Part shown: piece by piece, positions 42,688 through 52,303 of the stretch
How positions within the stretch are numbered: the first letter of the stretch is position 1
Layout of the letters: each line of letters starts with the position of its first letter
Source: Deltaproteobacteria bacterium
GTDB taxonomy: Bacteria; Myxococcota; Kuafuiibacteriia; Kuafuiibacteriales; Kuafuiibacteriaceae
Assembly: GCA_040218735.1 (NCBI GenBank)
Contig: JAVJQW010000046.1
Coordinates: 288,001-352,000 of the forward strand
Length of the DNA: 64,000 nucleotides
Direction of reading: 5' to 3'
Translations under genes and position numbers: made by a program
Notes under the pieces: generated by a model
What the model was told of the DNA's origin: nothing
Databases searched by the model: none
What the model saw: the letters and a program-made list of their open reading frames with translations, nothing else

Positions 42688-44304
42688 TCACAGATTGCAC
42701 AGAATCTGGTGCGCCACTTTGAGCCCATCGACGGCGGCGCTCATGATGCCGCCGGCGTAACCCGGGCCTTCGCCAGCGACGTACAGGCCCTCGAATCCCT
42801 CGACCGAACAGGTGACGTTGTCCCGTGGAATACGCAGTGGCGATGACGTGCGTGACTCCACGGCGATGAGGTTGGCCTGCTCGGTCGTCGCGTAGCCCCG
42901 AATCCGCCGGTCGAATGTTCCAAGTGCCGTGCGGAGTGACGCCGCGACGAACGGCGGGAGCGCTTCGTCGAGATCGACCGCGGTCAGCCCGGGTCTAAAG
43001 TTCGAGTCCGCCAGTCGACCGGTCGGACGACGGGCGACGAAATCCGAGACCCGCATCGCCGGCGCTCGGTAGTCACCGCCCCCGACCTCGTAGGCCCGGC
43101 GCTCGAGCGCGCGTTGGAAGCGCACGCCGGCGAGTCCGTCGTCGCCGTGGCCTTCCTCGCGGATGCGATCCACGGAGACCTCGACGACGACGCCCGAGTT
43201 CGCGAACGGCGTCGAACGTCGCGCACTCGACATGCCGTTCACCACGACCATCTCGGGTTCGGTCGCGGTGGGGACGATCATCCCGCCCGGGCACATGCAG
43301 AACGAGTAGACGCCGACGCCGTCGACACGTTCCGCGAGCCGGTAGTCGGCCGCCGGCAACGTCGAAGGTCGCGGTGGCTTGCGCAAGTTGTATTGCGCGC
43401 GGTCGATCATCGGTTGCGGATGCTCCGCGCGAACGCCGACCGCGAAGGGCTTTGCGATCATCGGTACGCCCTGCGCGTGGAGCGTTTCGTACGTATCGCG
43501 CGCAGAGTGGCCGATCGCGAGGAGCACGTGGGGCGCGTCGAGCTGGCCGCGCGAGGTGTCGACGCCCGTCACGCGACGGTCCTGGAGTCGGAGCCGCTCG
43601 AGCCGGGTTTCGAAGTGGATGTCGACGCCGCACTCGACCAGCTGGGCGCGTAGCCCCTTGAGCACGCGGAACAGGAGGTTCGTTCCGATGTGCGGCTTCT
43701 TGTCGACGAGGATGCGCTCCGGCGCGCCGACCTCGACGAGGCGCTCGAGCACCTCCTGCACGACGGGATCGTTCTTGCGGCAAGTCAGCTTGCCGTCGCT
43801 GTACGTGCCCGCGCCGCCCTCGCCGAAGCAGAGGTTCGACTCCGGATCGAGGATGCCGCGTCCGCGGAAGCGACCGAAGTCGCGCGCCCGGGTCTCGACG
43901 GGCTTGCCGCGCTCGACCCAGATCACCTTCGCGCCGTGTTCGGCGAGGTGCCACGCGGCGAACGCACCCGCCGGCCCTGCGCCCACCACGACGATCGGAG
44001 GTGCGTCCTTCGGTGCGCGCGGGCTCTCGAGTCGCTGCGACGGAGGCGGCGCCGGTCGCGCCTGGGCGCGCTTCGAGACGTCCTGCGACGTCTCGACCTC
44101 CAGCGTGAGGAGGTAGGTCGGCACCCGTCGCCGCTTGCGAGCGTCGAGCGCCTGGCGCGCGACCCGGACGTTCACGATCGCGCTGGCCGGAACCTGGAGC
44201 GCACGAGAGGCGGCTTGGCGCAGCGCGGCGTCGTCGAAGACGACGTCATGCGGGCGATCGACGTCGACGAGGACCTTCGGCACGACCGCCCGAACATACC
44301 GCAC
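42688..44304 (-). CDS. FAD/NAD(P)-dependent oxidoreductase (COG2509-like)
   Basis: VVGAGPAG, FGEGGAGTYSDGKL, PHIGT, AIGHSARD, YSFCMCPGG, GEGPGYAGGIMSAAVDG; start uncertain. Confidence 0.9.
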   Translation of the reverse strand: MRYVRAVVPKVLVDVDRPHDVVFDDAALRQAASRALQVPASAIVNVRVARQALDARKRRRVPTYLLTLEVETSQDVSKRAQARPAPPPSQRLESPRAPKDAPPIVVVGAGPAGAFAAWHLAEHGAKVIWVERGKPVETRARDFGRFRGRGILDPESNLCFGEGGAGTYSDGKLTCRKNDPVVQEVLERLVEVGAPERILVDKKPHIGTNLLFRVLKGLRAQLVECGVDIHFETRLERLRLQDRRVTGVDTSRGQLDAPHVLLAIGHSARDTYETLHAQGVPMIAKPFAVGVRAEHPQPMIDRAQYNLRKPPRPSTLPAADYRLAERVDGVGVYSFCMCPGGMIVPTATEPEMVVVNGMSSARRSTPFANSGVVVEVSVDRIREEGHGDDGLAGVRFQRALERRAYEVGGGDYRAPAMRVSDFVARRPTGRLADSNFRPGLTAVDLDEALPPFVAASLRTALGTFDRRIRGYATTEQANLIAVESRTSSPLRIPRDNVTCSVEGFEGLYVAGEGPGYAGGIMSAAVDGLKVAHQILCNL

Positions 44305-44463
44305 CGCGTCGTTTTTGCAGTGGGAACGTAGGGTTGCGGCAAGTGCGAACCAAAGTTCGCACCGCGCGTGCAGATACTCACATGACCCCTCAGTCGGAAC
44401 GGGATTCCTCAATGATCTCGATTCACGTGATCGGGTACGCCACTTGAGAGGCGCGGGGACGAC

Positions 44464-44673
44464 ATGCAGACGTCCACCACGACCCCGTCGATTCCGGCCG
44501 CCGCGACCACCAACTCGAGCGCGAAGCCGGCGCGGATCCTCGCCCGCACCATCTTCAAGGACATGAAGGGGTACGGCGTCTCCAACCAGAAGATCCTCGA
44601 GGTCGCCTCCGAGCTCATCGGTCTCGTCACCGACCAGCTCCGCGAAGACGGCGTCGACAAGGGTCGCGCCTAA
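44464..44673 (+). CDS. Small helical hypothetical protein
   Basis: GGGGA RBS; codon usage typical of the genome; ARILARTIFK.MK..G.SN.KI..VASELI.LVT. Confidence 0.75.
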   Translation: MQTSTTTPSIPAAATTNSSAKPARILARTIFKDMKGYGVSNQKILEVASELIGLVTDQLREDGVDKGRA

Positions 44674-44700
44674 CCCATCGCTTGGGCATCATCCGTCGCC

Positions 44701-45897
44701 ATGGCGACGCGCGTTCTCCTCGCTGACAAGCTCGACCCCGGTGCGTTCTCCGATCTGGAGGCGCAGGGCGTGGTCATCGACAGCCGCCCCGAGCTGACGC
44801 AAGCGACCCTCCCCGAACACATCGGTGACGCCAAGGTCTTGGTCGTACGATCGACCAAGGTCGACGCCGCCGCGATCCAAGCCGCCAAGGAGCTCGCGCT
44901 CATCGTTCGCGCGGGCAGCGGCGTCAACAACATCGACGTCGAAGCCGCGAGCCGCGCCGGCATCTACGTCGCCAACTGCCCCGGCAAGAACAGCGTCGCC
45001 GTCGCCGAGCTCGCGATGGGCCTGATCATCGCGCTCGACCGTCGCATCGCCGACAACGTCTCGGACTTGCGCGCCGGCAAGTGGGACAAGGCGGGATACT
45101 CGAAGGCCCGCGGACTCAAGGGCCAGCGCCTCGGCCTCGTCGGGTTCGGCGCCATCGCGCAGGAGGTCGCGCAGCGAGCGCGTGGCTTCGAGCTCGAAAT
45201 CCTCGCCTACGCGCGCACCCTCGACGAAGCGACCGCAAAACGTCACGGCGTCACGCGCGCCGCGTCGCTCGAGCAGCTCTTCCGCGCCTCGGACATCGTC
45301 TCGCTCCACGTCCCGGCCTCCGCAACGACGAAGGGACTCATCACCGGCGAGCTCATGGACCTCCTCCCCGAGGGCGGCATGTTGATCAACACGTCGCGCT
45401 GCGAGGTCGTCGACAACGACGCGCTCATGGAGCGCGCGAAGTCGGGCCGTCTTCGTGTCGGCACCGACGTCTTCGTCGGCGAGCCCGAAGTGAAGTCCGG
45501 GGCGTTCGAGGATCCGCTCGGTCAGCTGCCGCACGTCTACGGCACCCACCACATCGGGGCGTCGACCGAGCAGGCGCAGGACGAGATCGCCGCGGCCGCC
45601 GTGCTCGCAGTGCGCACGTTCCTGGAGAAGGGCGACATCCTCAACGCGGTGAACATCGCGACGCAGCCGCCGGTGCAGGGGACCCTCGTCGTGCGTCACC
45701 ACGATCGCGTGGGTGTCCTCGCGAGCCTCCTCAGCACGCTCCGCGGCGCGGACATCAACGTCGAGACGATGGAGAACGTCGTCTTCGAAGGCGGCCACGC
45801 GGCGTGCGCCCGTATCCGGGTCGCGCAGCGTCCGTCGCAGGCCATCGTCGACGAGCTCGTCGCTCAGGAACACGTCATCGCCGTCGAACTCATCTGA
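44701..45897 (+). CDS. serA: D-3-phosphoglycerate dehydrogenase-like (D-2-hydroxyacid dehydrogenase + ACT)
   Basis: VRAGSGVNNIDV, GLVGFGAI, SLHVP, INTSR, HHIGASTEQAQ, C-terminal ACT HHDRVGVLA. Confidence 0.82.
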   Translation: MATRVLLADKLDPGAFSDLEAQGVVIDSRPELTQATLPEHIGDAKVLVVRSTKVDAAAIQAAKELALIVRAGSGVNNIDVEAASRAGIYVANCPGKNSVAVAELAMGLIIALDRRIADNVSDLRAGKWDKAGYSKARGLKGQRLGLVGFGAIAQEVAQRARGFELEILAYARTLDEATAKRHGVTRAASLEQLFRASDIVSLHVPASATTKGLITGELMDLLPEGGMLINTSRCEVVDNDALMERAKSGRLRVGTDVFVGEPEVKSGAFEDPLGQLPHVYGTHHIGASTEQAQDEIAAAAVLAVRTFLEKGDILNAVNIATQPPVQGTLVVRHHDRVGVLASLLSTLRGADINVETMENVVFEGGHAACARIRVAQRPSQAIVDELVAQEHVIAVELI

Positions 45898-46841
45898 TGT
45901 CCTGGCTCGACGGGTTCCTGCTCCTCTCGCTGTTCTACGTCGGCGTGGGGATCACGGTGCTCGTGAAGTTCGTGAAGAACTTCCGCGCGCTGTTCGACGA
46001 TGACCTCACCGAAGAGGAGGCGCGCCTCGCGGGCCGCGCATCGTTCTTCCTCCTCATCCCGCCGACCGTCGCGCTCCACGAGCTCGGCCACGCCGCGGCG
46101 ATCTGGGCGAACGGGCAAGAGGTGGTCGGCTGGATCTTCTACGGTTACGTCGGCGCGGTCGCGCACTTGCCGTCGACGCCGCTCGCGAACTTCGCCATCG
46201 CGCTCGCCGGCAACGTCGTCACGCTCGCGATCGGAGCCTTCGCGATCGGCTGGGGGATGAAGCGCCCGGGGCACCCGGTCCGCAACATCCTGTGGATCGA
46301 GCTCGGTCGAAACTCGCTCTTCCTCGTGCTCGTCTTCTACCCGGGCCTCTGCCTGTTCTTCGACGGAGACTTCGTCACGATCTACGGCTTCTCCAAGACC
46401 CCGGTCGCCTCCGGCGTGACCGCCCTCGTGCACGCCGCGATCCTCGCGGGCGGCTGGTGGTGGTGGAAGGGCGCGAAGCCTCGTGCCGTTCTGTTGTGCT
46501 CGCCGCTCGCGTTCCACGTGGTCGCCGCGGAGAAGCGGCTCGCGGAGGACGACCGCGACCTTCGCGCGAACCACACGCTCGGGCTCGCCTACGGGCGCCT
46601 CCAGGACTTCACACGCTCCCGTGCGCACCTGGAGGTCGTCGCCGATCGACTCGACGCCGCGGGCCGGCTCGCCTACGGCGAAGCGCTGCTGGAGACCGGT
46701 GCAAGTGAGCTTGCGCTCACCGCGTTCGAGTCCGCCGAAAACGGTTTGCTCGATCCCGAAGCCCGCGCCGCGGCGCGCCGAGGTCGCGTCCGCGCGCTCG
46801 GTCGCCTCGGTCGCGACGATGAAGCACGCCAGCTCTTGTGA
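45897..46841 (+). CDS. Membrane protein with HExxH (M50-like) motif and C-terminal TPR-like repeats
   Basis: C-terminal part of ORF 45081..46841; ALHELGH, IALAG, GDF, multiple TMs, TPR-like helices; TGATG overlap. Confidence 0.7.
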   Translation: MSWLDGFLLLSLFYVGVGITVLVKFVKNFRALFDDDLTEEEARLAGRASFFLLIPPTVALHELGHAAAIWANGQEVVGWIFYGYVGAVAHLPSTPLANFAIALAGNVVTLAIGAFAIGWGMKRPGHPVRNILWIELGRNSLFLVLVFYPGLCLFFDGDFVTIYGFSKTPVASGVTALVHAAILAGGWWWWKGAKPRAVLLCSPLAFHVVAAEKRLAEDDRDLRANHTLGLAYGRLQDFTRSRAHLEVVADRLDAAGRLAYGEALLETGASELALTAFESAENGLLDPEARAAARRGRVRALGRLGRDDEARQLL

Positions 46842-46907
46842 GCGTGCGCGCGACTACACGCGCCCGCGACATTGAATACACGACCGAGCGCTGACACCTT
46901 CGACGGC

Positions 46908-47372
46908 ATGAAAGTCCTCTTCGCTGCCGCGCTCACGATGGCCGTCGCCGCCTGTTCGTCCTCCAACCCCGTCTGCGACGAAGACGTCCGAAACCGCCTC
47001 CTGACCGACTGCAAGATCACCGTCTCGGTCGCCTCCGGCGCGCTCTGCCTGGCTCTCGACGGCGCCCCCGAGGACCCCTCGACGGACGTGCGCCTCGACG
47101 AGCACCGCGCGTCGACCTGTGAGATCGCCGACCCGGACCTCGACGCCGAGTGCCTGAAGACCGTCTCCTGCGATCGCTTCGGCACGGAAGCCAACATCTG
47201 CGGCGACCCGATCAGCACCGCCCGCTCCGCCTGTTTCTCGAGCTGCTACGACACCGAGCTCACCTGCGTGCAGGAGTGCAGCAACAGCAGCGCCGACTTC
47301 GACGCGTGCCTGGTGTGTGAGGTCGCCTGCGCCTCGACCGCCAAGTCGTGCGCCGAGGACTGCCCCGACTGA
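46908..47372 (+). CDS. Cysteine-rich lipoprotein
   Basis: Lipobox VAA-C; 16 further Cys, with CX3C motifs clustered at the C-terminus. Confidence 0.75.
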   Translation: MKVLFAAALTMAVAACSSSNPVCDEDVRNRLLTDCKITVSVASGALCLALDGAPEDPSTDVRLDEHRASTCEIADPDLDAECLKTVSCDRFGTEANICGDPISTARSACFSSCYDTELTCVQECSNSSADFDACLVCEVACASTAKSCAEDCPD

Positions 47373-47411
47373 CCGTCTTGCCCGCGCGACGCGCGCTTGT
47401 TACTTCGACGT

Positions 47412-48650
47412 GTGACCGCGACGCGACGTGCCGTCACCATGCTCGCGCTCATCGTCGCGGGCGAGGCCATCTTCGGGCTCCCCTTTCACCTGATCCGCTT
47501 CTTCCGCCCGACGGTCCTCGCCGTCTTCGGCTTCAGCAACGTCGACATCGGCGAGCTGTTCGCCGCCTACGGCGTCGTCGCGATGATCTCCTACTTCCCC
47601 GGCGGCCCCCTCGCGGACCGCTTCTCCGCGCGACGCCTGATGACCGCGTCGCTGCTGCTCACCGGCCTCTCCGGCTTCTTCTTCGCGACGCTCCCCGCGC
47701 TCGGACCGCTCACCGTCCTCTACGGCTTCTTCGGCGCCACCACGATCCTCTTGTTCTGGGCCGCGATGATCCGCGCCACCCGTGAGCTCGGCGGCACCGA
47801 CAACCAGGGCGTCGCGTTCGGCATCCTCGACGGCGGCCGCGGGCTCTTCGCCGCCGGCCTCGCCTCCATCGCGCTGGTCCCGTTCTCACTCGCCCTCGGC
47901 GACGACCCGACGCAGGCCGACCCCGCCGCGCGCGAAGCGGCGATGCGAAACGTCATCTACCTGTACACCGCCTCCACGCTCGCGGCGGCCGCGCTGGTCT
48001 GGTTCTTCGTCCCCGAATCGAAGGCCGACGCCGACACCCCCGCGTTCCGACCCGCGCAGGTCCTCACCGTCCTGAAGATGCCGTCGATCTGGCTGCAGGC
48101 CGGCCTGCTCGTCTGCGCGTACGTCGCCTACAAGGGCATCGACTACTACTCGCTGTACGCCGTCGACGGCTACGGGCTGAACGAGGTCGAGGGCGCCCGC
48201 GTCAGTGTCATCGGATCCTGGACACGACCCATCGCCGCGGTCGCCGCCGGCTTCTTCGCCGACCGGACGCGACCGACCACCGCCGCCGCGCTATGTTTCG
48301 CCGTGCTGTTCGGCGGGCACCTGTCGTTCGCGTTCGTGCCGCCGTCGTCGGGCACCGCGATCCTCTGGGCGAACGTCGTCGTGACCTGCGCCGTCGCGTT
48401 CGGGTTGCGCGGTGTCTACTTCGCGATCATGGAGGAGGTGAAGATCCCGCACCTCGTCACGGGCACGGCGGTGGGCATCATCTCCGTCGTCGGCTTCACA
48501 CCCGACATCTTCGTCGCACCGGTCGCGGGCGCGTTGATCGACGGCACGCCCGGTGTCGCCGGCTTCCAGCAGTTCTTTGTGTTGCTCGCCGCGTTTTCGT
48601 TCGTCGGCTTGGCGTGCGCCGTCCTGATCCGGCGCTTCGTCTCACAGTGA
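47412..48650 (+). CDS. MFS transporter
   Basis: About 12 TM helices; motif A GGPLADRFSARRL and second AGFFADRT. Confidence 0.92.
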   Translation: MTATRRAVTMLALIVAGEAIFGLPFHLIRFFRPTVLAVFGFSNVDIGELFAAYGVVAMISYFPGGPLADRFSARRLMTASLLLTGLSGFFFATLPALGPLTVLYGFFGATTILLFWAAMIRATRELGGTDNQGVAFGILDGGRGLFAAGLASIALVPFSLALGDDPTQADPAAREAAMRNVIYLYTASTLAAAALVWFFVPESKADADTPAFRPAQVLTVLKMPSIWLQAGLLVCAYVAYKGIDYYSLYAVDGYGLNEVEGARVSVIGSWTRPIAAVAAGFFADRTRPTTAAALCFAVLFGGHLSFAFVPPSSGTAILWANVVVTCAVAFGLRGVYFAIMEEVKIPHLVTGTAVGIISVVGFTPDIFVAPVAGALIDGTPGVAGFQQFFVLLAAFSFVGLACAVLIRRFVSQ

Positions 48651-49811
48651 CGAGACGGACGTCTCGATCGCGATCCCGCGCCGACCGATCTCACGCACGA
48701 ACTCCTGCGCGTTCACCGACGTCTCGAGCGAGACCGCGCCCTTCGGCGTGCGATCCTGCGCCTGCATCGCGGTGACGACCGCCGCCGAGAACGCCGTGGT
48801 GCGCTCCATCGCGGAGAAGCCGGTCTTGTCGTCGTGGCGGTCGACGATCAGCGAACGATGCCGAACGTTCTTGCCGTCCTTCGTCCCTTCGACGTCGACG
48901 CGCAGCACGAGCAGATCCTTCTCCTCGGGCCGGTGCCAGACGCGCTGCATGATCGTGTGGAAGAAGTCGCGCGGGCGCAGGCTGTGCCCGACGACGTCCA
49001 CCGGATCGAGGTCGATGAACCCGAGGTCCTTGAGCAGCTTCATCTGCGCGTAGTGACCGGGGTACCGGATCGTCTTGTAGTCGTAACTCTGCACGCGACC
49101 TTCGAACGTGATCGGACACGTCGAAGTCCCGCCGCTCGTCACGAACGCCTCGACGGGGCCGATCGGCGCCGGCAGCTCGAACGTCTCGAGCTCCTCGAAC
49201 GTCGGGATCTTTTGCACCTTGCCTTCGCGCAGCACGAGCGCCTCGCCGAAGTACTCGTTCGTGAGCCCCTCCATCGCGAACAGCTGCGCGTACCCGAGCG
49301 GCAGCTCCTTGTTCTGCGGGAGGCCGCCGCAGCGCATCTTCACGTGCGACGCGGTGTCGAGGGACTCCATGCCGTACACCGCGAGGGTGTTGGCCATCCC
49401 GGGGGCGACGCCGCAGTCGGGGATGATGCTCACGCCCGCGGCCTTCGCCTCTTTGTCGAGGCCGAGCTCCTGCTGGACGATGTCGGTGTTGCCGCCGAGG
49501 TCGTTGAAGTGACAGCCGGCGTCGATCGCCGCGCGTGCGAGCCCGAGGTTCAGGAAGTACGGCACGGCCGACATGCAGGCGTGCATCCCTTCGAGGACCT
49601 GCGATGCGCTGGTCTTGTCGCTCGCGTTCACGATGCCGCCCTTGGCGACGTCGCGCCCGATCAGCGCGTTGACGCGCTCGGCGGATGCGTTGGCGGCGCG
49701 GTTGTCGATGTCGAGGAGGCGCACTTCGTCGGCGTCCCCGAACATCGCGAGATCGTAGGCGGCGGCGGTGCCTTGCATGCCAGCGCCGATGACTGCGTAT
49801 CGAAAGCCCAT
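48642..49811 (-). CDS. Saccharopine dehydrogenase family (lysine 6-dehydrogenase-like)
   Basis: VIGAGMQG, SAVPYFLN, DLGG, DCGVAPG, CGGLP, EAFVTSGG, YKTIRYPGH, SAMERTT. Confidence 0.9.
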   Translation of the reverse strand: MGFRYAVIGAGMQGTAAAYDLAMFGDADEVRLLDIDNRAANASAERVNALIGRDVAKGGIVNASDKTSASQVLEGMHACMSAVPYFLNLGLARAAIDAGCHFNDLGGNTDIVQQELGLDKEAKAAGVSIIPDCGVAPGMANTLAVYGMESLDTASHVKMRCGGLPQNKELPLGYAQLFAMEGLTNEYFGEALVLREGKVQKIPTFEELETFELPAPIGPVEAFVTSGGTSTCPITFEGRVQSYDYKTIRYPGHYAQMKLLKDLGFIDLDPVDVVGHSLRPRDFFHTIMQRVWHRPEEKDLLVLRVDVEGTKDGKNVRHRSLIVDRHDDKTGFSAMERTTAFSAAVVTAMQAQDRTPKGAVSLETSVNAQEFVREIGRRGIAIETSVSSL

Positions 49812-49894
49812 GACCGGGCTAACCCGTCACGCGTCGCGCGTAGAGTCAACCAAGCGCACGGCGCGGTCACAGGCGTTGTGAATCCGGACCCTGA

Positions 49895-51055
49895 GTGAGA
49901 GCCTGTGGGGAGCGGGTATTTCTCGTGAGCTACTCGGACGGCGAAAACGCGATCAGCCACGGGCCGATGGTTCCGGTCGCCGGTGCGCCCGACCTCGCCG
50001 CCGCGCGCGCCGTGGTCGAGCTCCTCGACGAACACGGCATCCTCGCGATTCACGATCGCGACGTCGTCGGCGCTTACATCCCGCGCGTCGACAACAACAC
50101 GATCAACATCCTCGTGCCGTTGTCGATGCTCGCTTCGGCGCGGCGCGTGTTGGCGTCGAAGCAGTCGTCGGCCTCCTCCACACCCGCGCCGCGCTTCGTC
50201 GTCTCGATGACGTCGACCGCACCCGAGCGAGTGTCCGCCGACTCGTCCGGTCAGCGCACCCGCGCACGTGATCCGCTCGGCGTGCCGCGACCGCCGCGAC
50301 TCGAGGAGTACCGCCGGTACGAGGACGAAGACGAGGACGACGAGACCGCGCCGATCGACGTCATCCTCCCGGAGCCGACGCCGCTCAACCTCCGCCTCTC
50401 CGTCGCCATCGGTAGTATCGCGTTGGGCACCGCAGCGCAGCGGTTGCTCGAGACCTTCTGGCGTGAGGACGTCCGCGCGGCGCTGTCGGCGCAGTGGAGT
50501 CGTCTCGCGGTCGAGCCCTGGCGCCTCGTGACCGCCGGCTTCATCCACGGCGGGCCGAGTCACTTCATCAGCAACGCGTTGTTCGGGGTGTTGATCGGCG
50601 TCGTCCTGTTCGGGACGCACCGCATCGGCGCGACGGCCTTCGTGTGGCTCGTCTCCTCGATGGTCGGCATGTCGGCCGAGGCGTTGTTGTCTCCGGAGGC
50701 GGCGATCGTCGGCGCGAGCGCGGGCAACTACGGGCTCGTCGGGTTGTGGGCGCACGGTCAGCTGCAGCGCTCTCGCGTGAGCGCGTTGCCGAGGCGCGAG
50801 CGCATCCGCACGGTAGGGGTCCTCCTGTTGCTCGTGCCGGGGGCGCTGACCCCCTTCTCTTCGACGGGGTCGAAGATCGCGATCATGGCGCACGCCGCCG
50901 GGTTCGTGGCGGGGTTTGCGTTGGGGTATCCGTTCCTGCGTCGCCTGTTGCCTTCTGAATTCGAGCGGATCGACCAGCGGTCGCGTTGGGCCGGCGTGCT
51001 CGCGATCGTCGTCGTGGTGCTCTGCGTGGCGGCCGCGGCCGTGACGTACGCCTGA
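49895..51055 (+). CDS. Rhomboid family intramembrane serine protease with N-terminal soluble region
   Basis: EPWRLVTAGFIH..HF.SN, GASAG, AHAAG; start uncertain. Confidence 0.85.
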   Translation: MRACGERVFLVSYSDGENAISHGPMVPVAGAPDLAAARAVVELLDEHGILAIHDRDVVGAYIPRVDNNTINILVPLSMLASARRVLASKQSSASSTPAPRFVVSMTSTAPERVSADSSGQRTRARDPLGVPRPPRLEEYRRYEDEDEDDETAPIDVILPEPTPLNLRLSVAIGSIALGTAAQRLLETFWREDVRAALSAQWSRLAVEPWRLVTAGFIHGGPSHFISNALFGVLIGVVLFGTHRIGATAFVWLVSSMVGMSAEALLSPEAAIVGASAGNYGLVGLWAHGQLQRSRVSALPRRERIRTVGVLLLLVPGALTPFSSTGSKIAIMAHAAGFVAGFALGYPFLRRLLPSEFERIDQRSRWAGVLAIVVVVLCVAAAAVTYA

Positions 51056-51110
51056 CATCGAATCATCGTTCGCAGCCGCGCTTTTCGGCTATGCTCCCGG
51101 GCCGAAGGTC

Positions 51111-51752
51111 ATGGAGAAGACCGCCGACATCATCCCTGTGACCTCCTACGAGGCGGAGTACCGCGCGTGGGTCGAGACGACGAGCTCCGAAGCGCGTCAA
51201 AAGGTCGTCGCCGAGCTGCGCGGCGAGCACCACATCATGGACGCCGTGCTCGCGGCGATGGAGCGCGAGACGCGCCGCCTCTCGGTGCACGGCGATCTGC
51301 GCCCCGACTTCTGGGAGCGCGTCGTCGATTACATCGGCAACTTCACGTACCAGATCCACCGCCGCAAGGAAGAGGAGGCGTTGTTCCCGACGCTCTCCAA
51401 GCTCCAGGGCCTCGACAACCGCGCGTCGCTCGCGAAGCTCCTCGAGGAGCACCAGCACACGCGCGACCTGACGATGACCCTCGTCGACGGCGTGTCCGAG
51501 GGCGACTGGGAGAAGGTCCTGCGCGCGGCCCACATGTACCTGCGCGTCGCGCGCGATCACCTCGACCGCGAGGAGTGGGAGGTGTTCGAGCCGCTCGACC
51601 GTCTCCTCGACGCGGACGGAGAGAACGAGCTGCGCGCTTCCTTCGACACGATCGAGGCGGACGCCCTCGGCGATCGTAACCGTCAGCACTACCTCGACTG
51701 CGCCCGTAAGCTCTGCAGCGACGCGGGCCTGACGGACGTCCTCGCGCTTTGA
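51111..51752 (+). CDS. Hemerythrin (HHE) domain protein
   Basis: LRGEH, HRRKEEEALFP, EEH, HLDREE..VF. Confidence 0.88.
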   Translation: MEKTADIIPVTSYEAEYRAWVETTSSEARQKVVAELRGEHHIMDAVLAAMERETRRLSVHGDLRPDFWERVVDYIGNFTYQIHRRKEEEALFPTLSKLQGLDNRASLAKLLEEHQHTRDLTMTLVDGVSEGDWEKVLRAAHMYLRVARDHLDREEWEVFEPLDRLLDADGENELRASFDTIEADALGDRNRQHYLDCARKLCSDAGLTDVLAL

Positions 51753-52303
51753 AGCGCTGGGCGCCGCTCTTACTCCTCCTCGCCGCGGCCTGCGGCTACA
51801 CGACCTCCGCGCGTCGCGCCGACGGCACCGTACACACGATCTTCGTGGAGCCGATCGCCGAACCGGGCCTCGACCTCGACGCGGGCTCCGACGTCGCCCG
51901 CGCGGTGCGCTTGGCCATCGCGCGCACGTCCGGCCTCGCGCTCGCCGACGAGGCGACCGCCGACCACCGCCTCCGCGTCGAGATCCTCGGCGTGCGTTCG
52001 TCGCTCGCCCCCTTTGCCGAGCCCGCGCTGCGCGCCGCGCAGTACGTCGTGCGCATCACCCTCCGCGGCGTGGTGCACGACGCGACCGGCGTGCCCGCCT
52101 GGCAGACGCCCGTCGTCACGGGCGACTCGCGCTTCATGTCGACACCCGGCGGCGTCGAGCAGCTCGACGGCGCGAACCGACGCACGATCGAGCAGGCGTC
52201 CCAAGAAGCGGCCGAGCGCTTGGTGACGATGATCGAGATGCGGTTCGCGGGGCAGGGCCCGGTGCGGACGTCGACCGTCAGCTCTCCAGCTGGTGCTTCT
52301 TGA
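51749..52303 (+). CDS. LptE-like lipoprotein
   Basis: Lipobox AAA-CGY; 'TIFVEPI', AD..L..EI pattern; TTG start overlapping the upstream stop. Confidence 0.65.
   Translation: MKRWAPLLLLLAAACGYTTSARRADGTVHTIFVEPIAEPGLDLDAGSDVARAVRLAIARTSGLALADEATADHRLRVEILGVRSSLAPFAEPALRAAQYVVRITLRGVVHDATGVPAWQTPVVTGDSRFMSTPGGVEQLDGANRRTIEQASQEAAERLVTMIEMRFAGQGPVRTSTVSSPAGAS

Noticed and set aside
44331-44340. Sigma54-like GGAACG...TTGC element in the oxidoreductase/serA divergent region
   Set aside because: GG-to-GC spacing is 11 rather than the required 10
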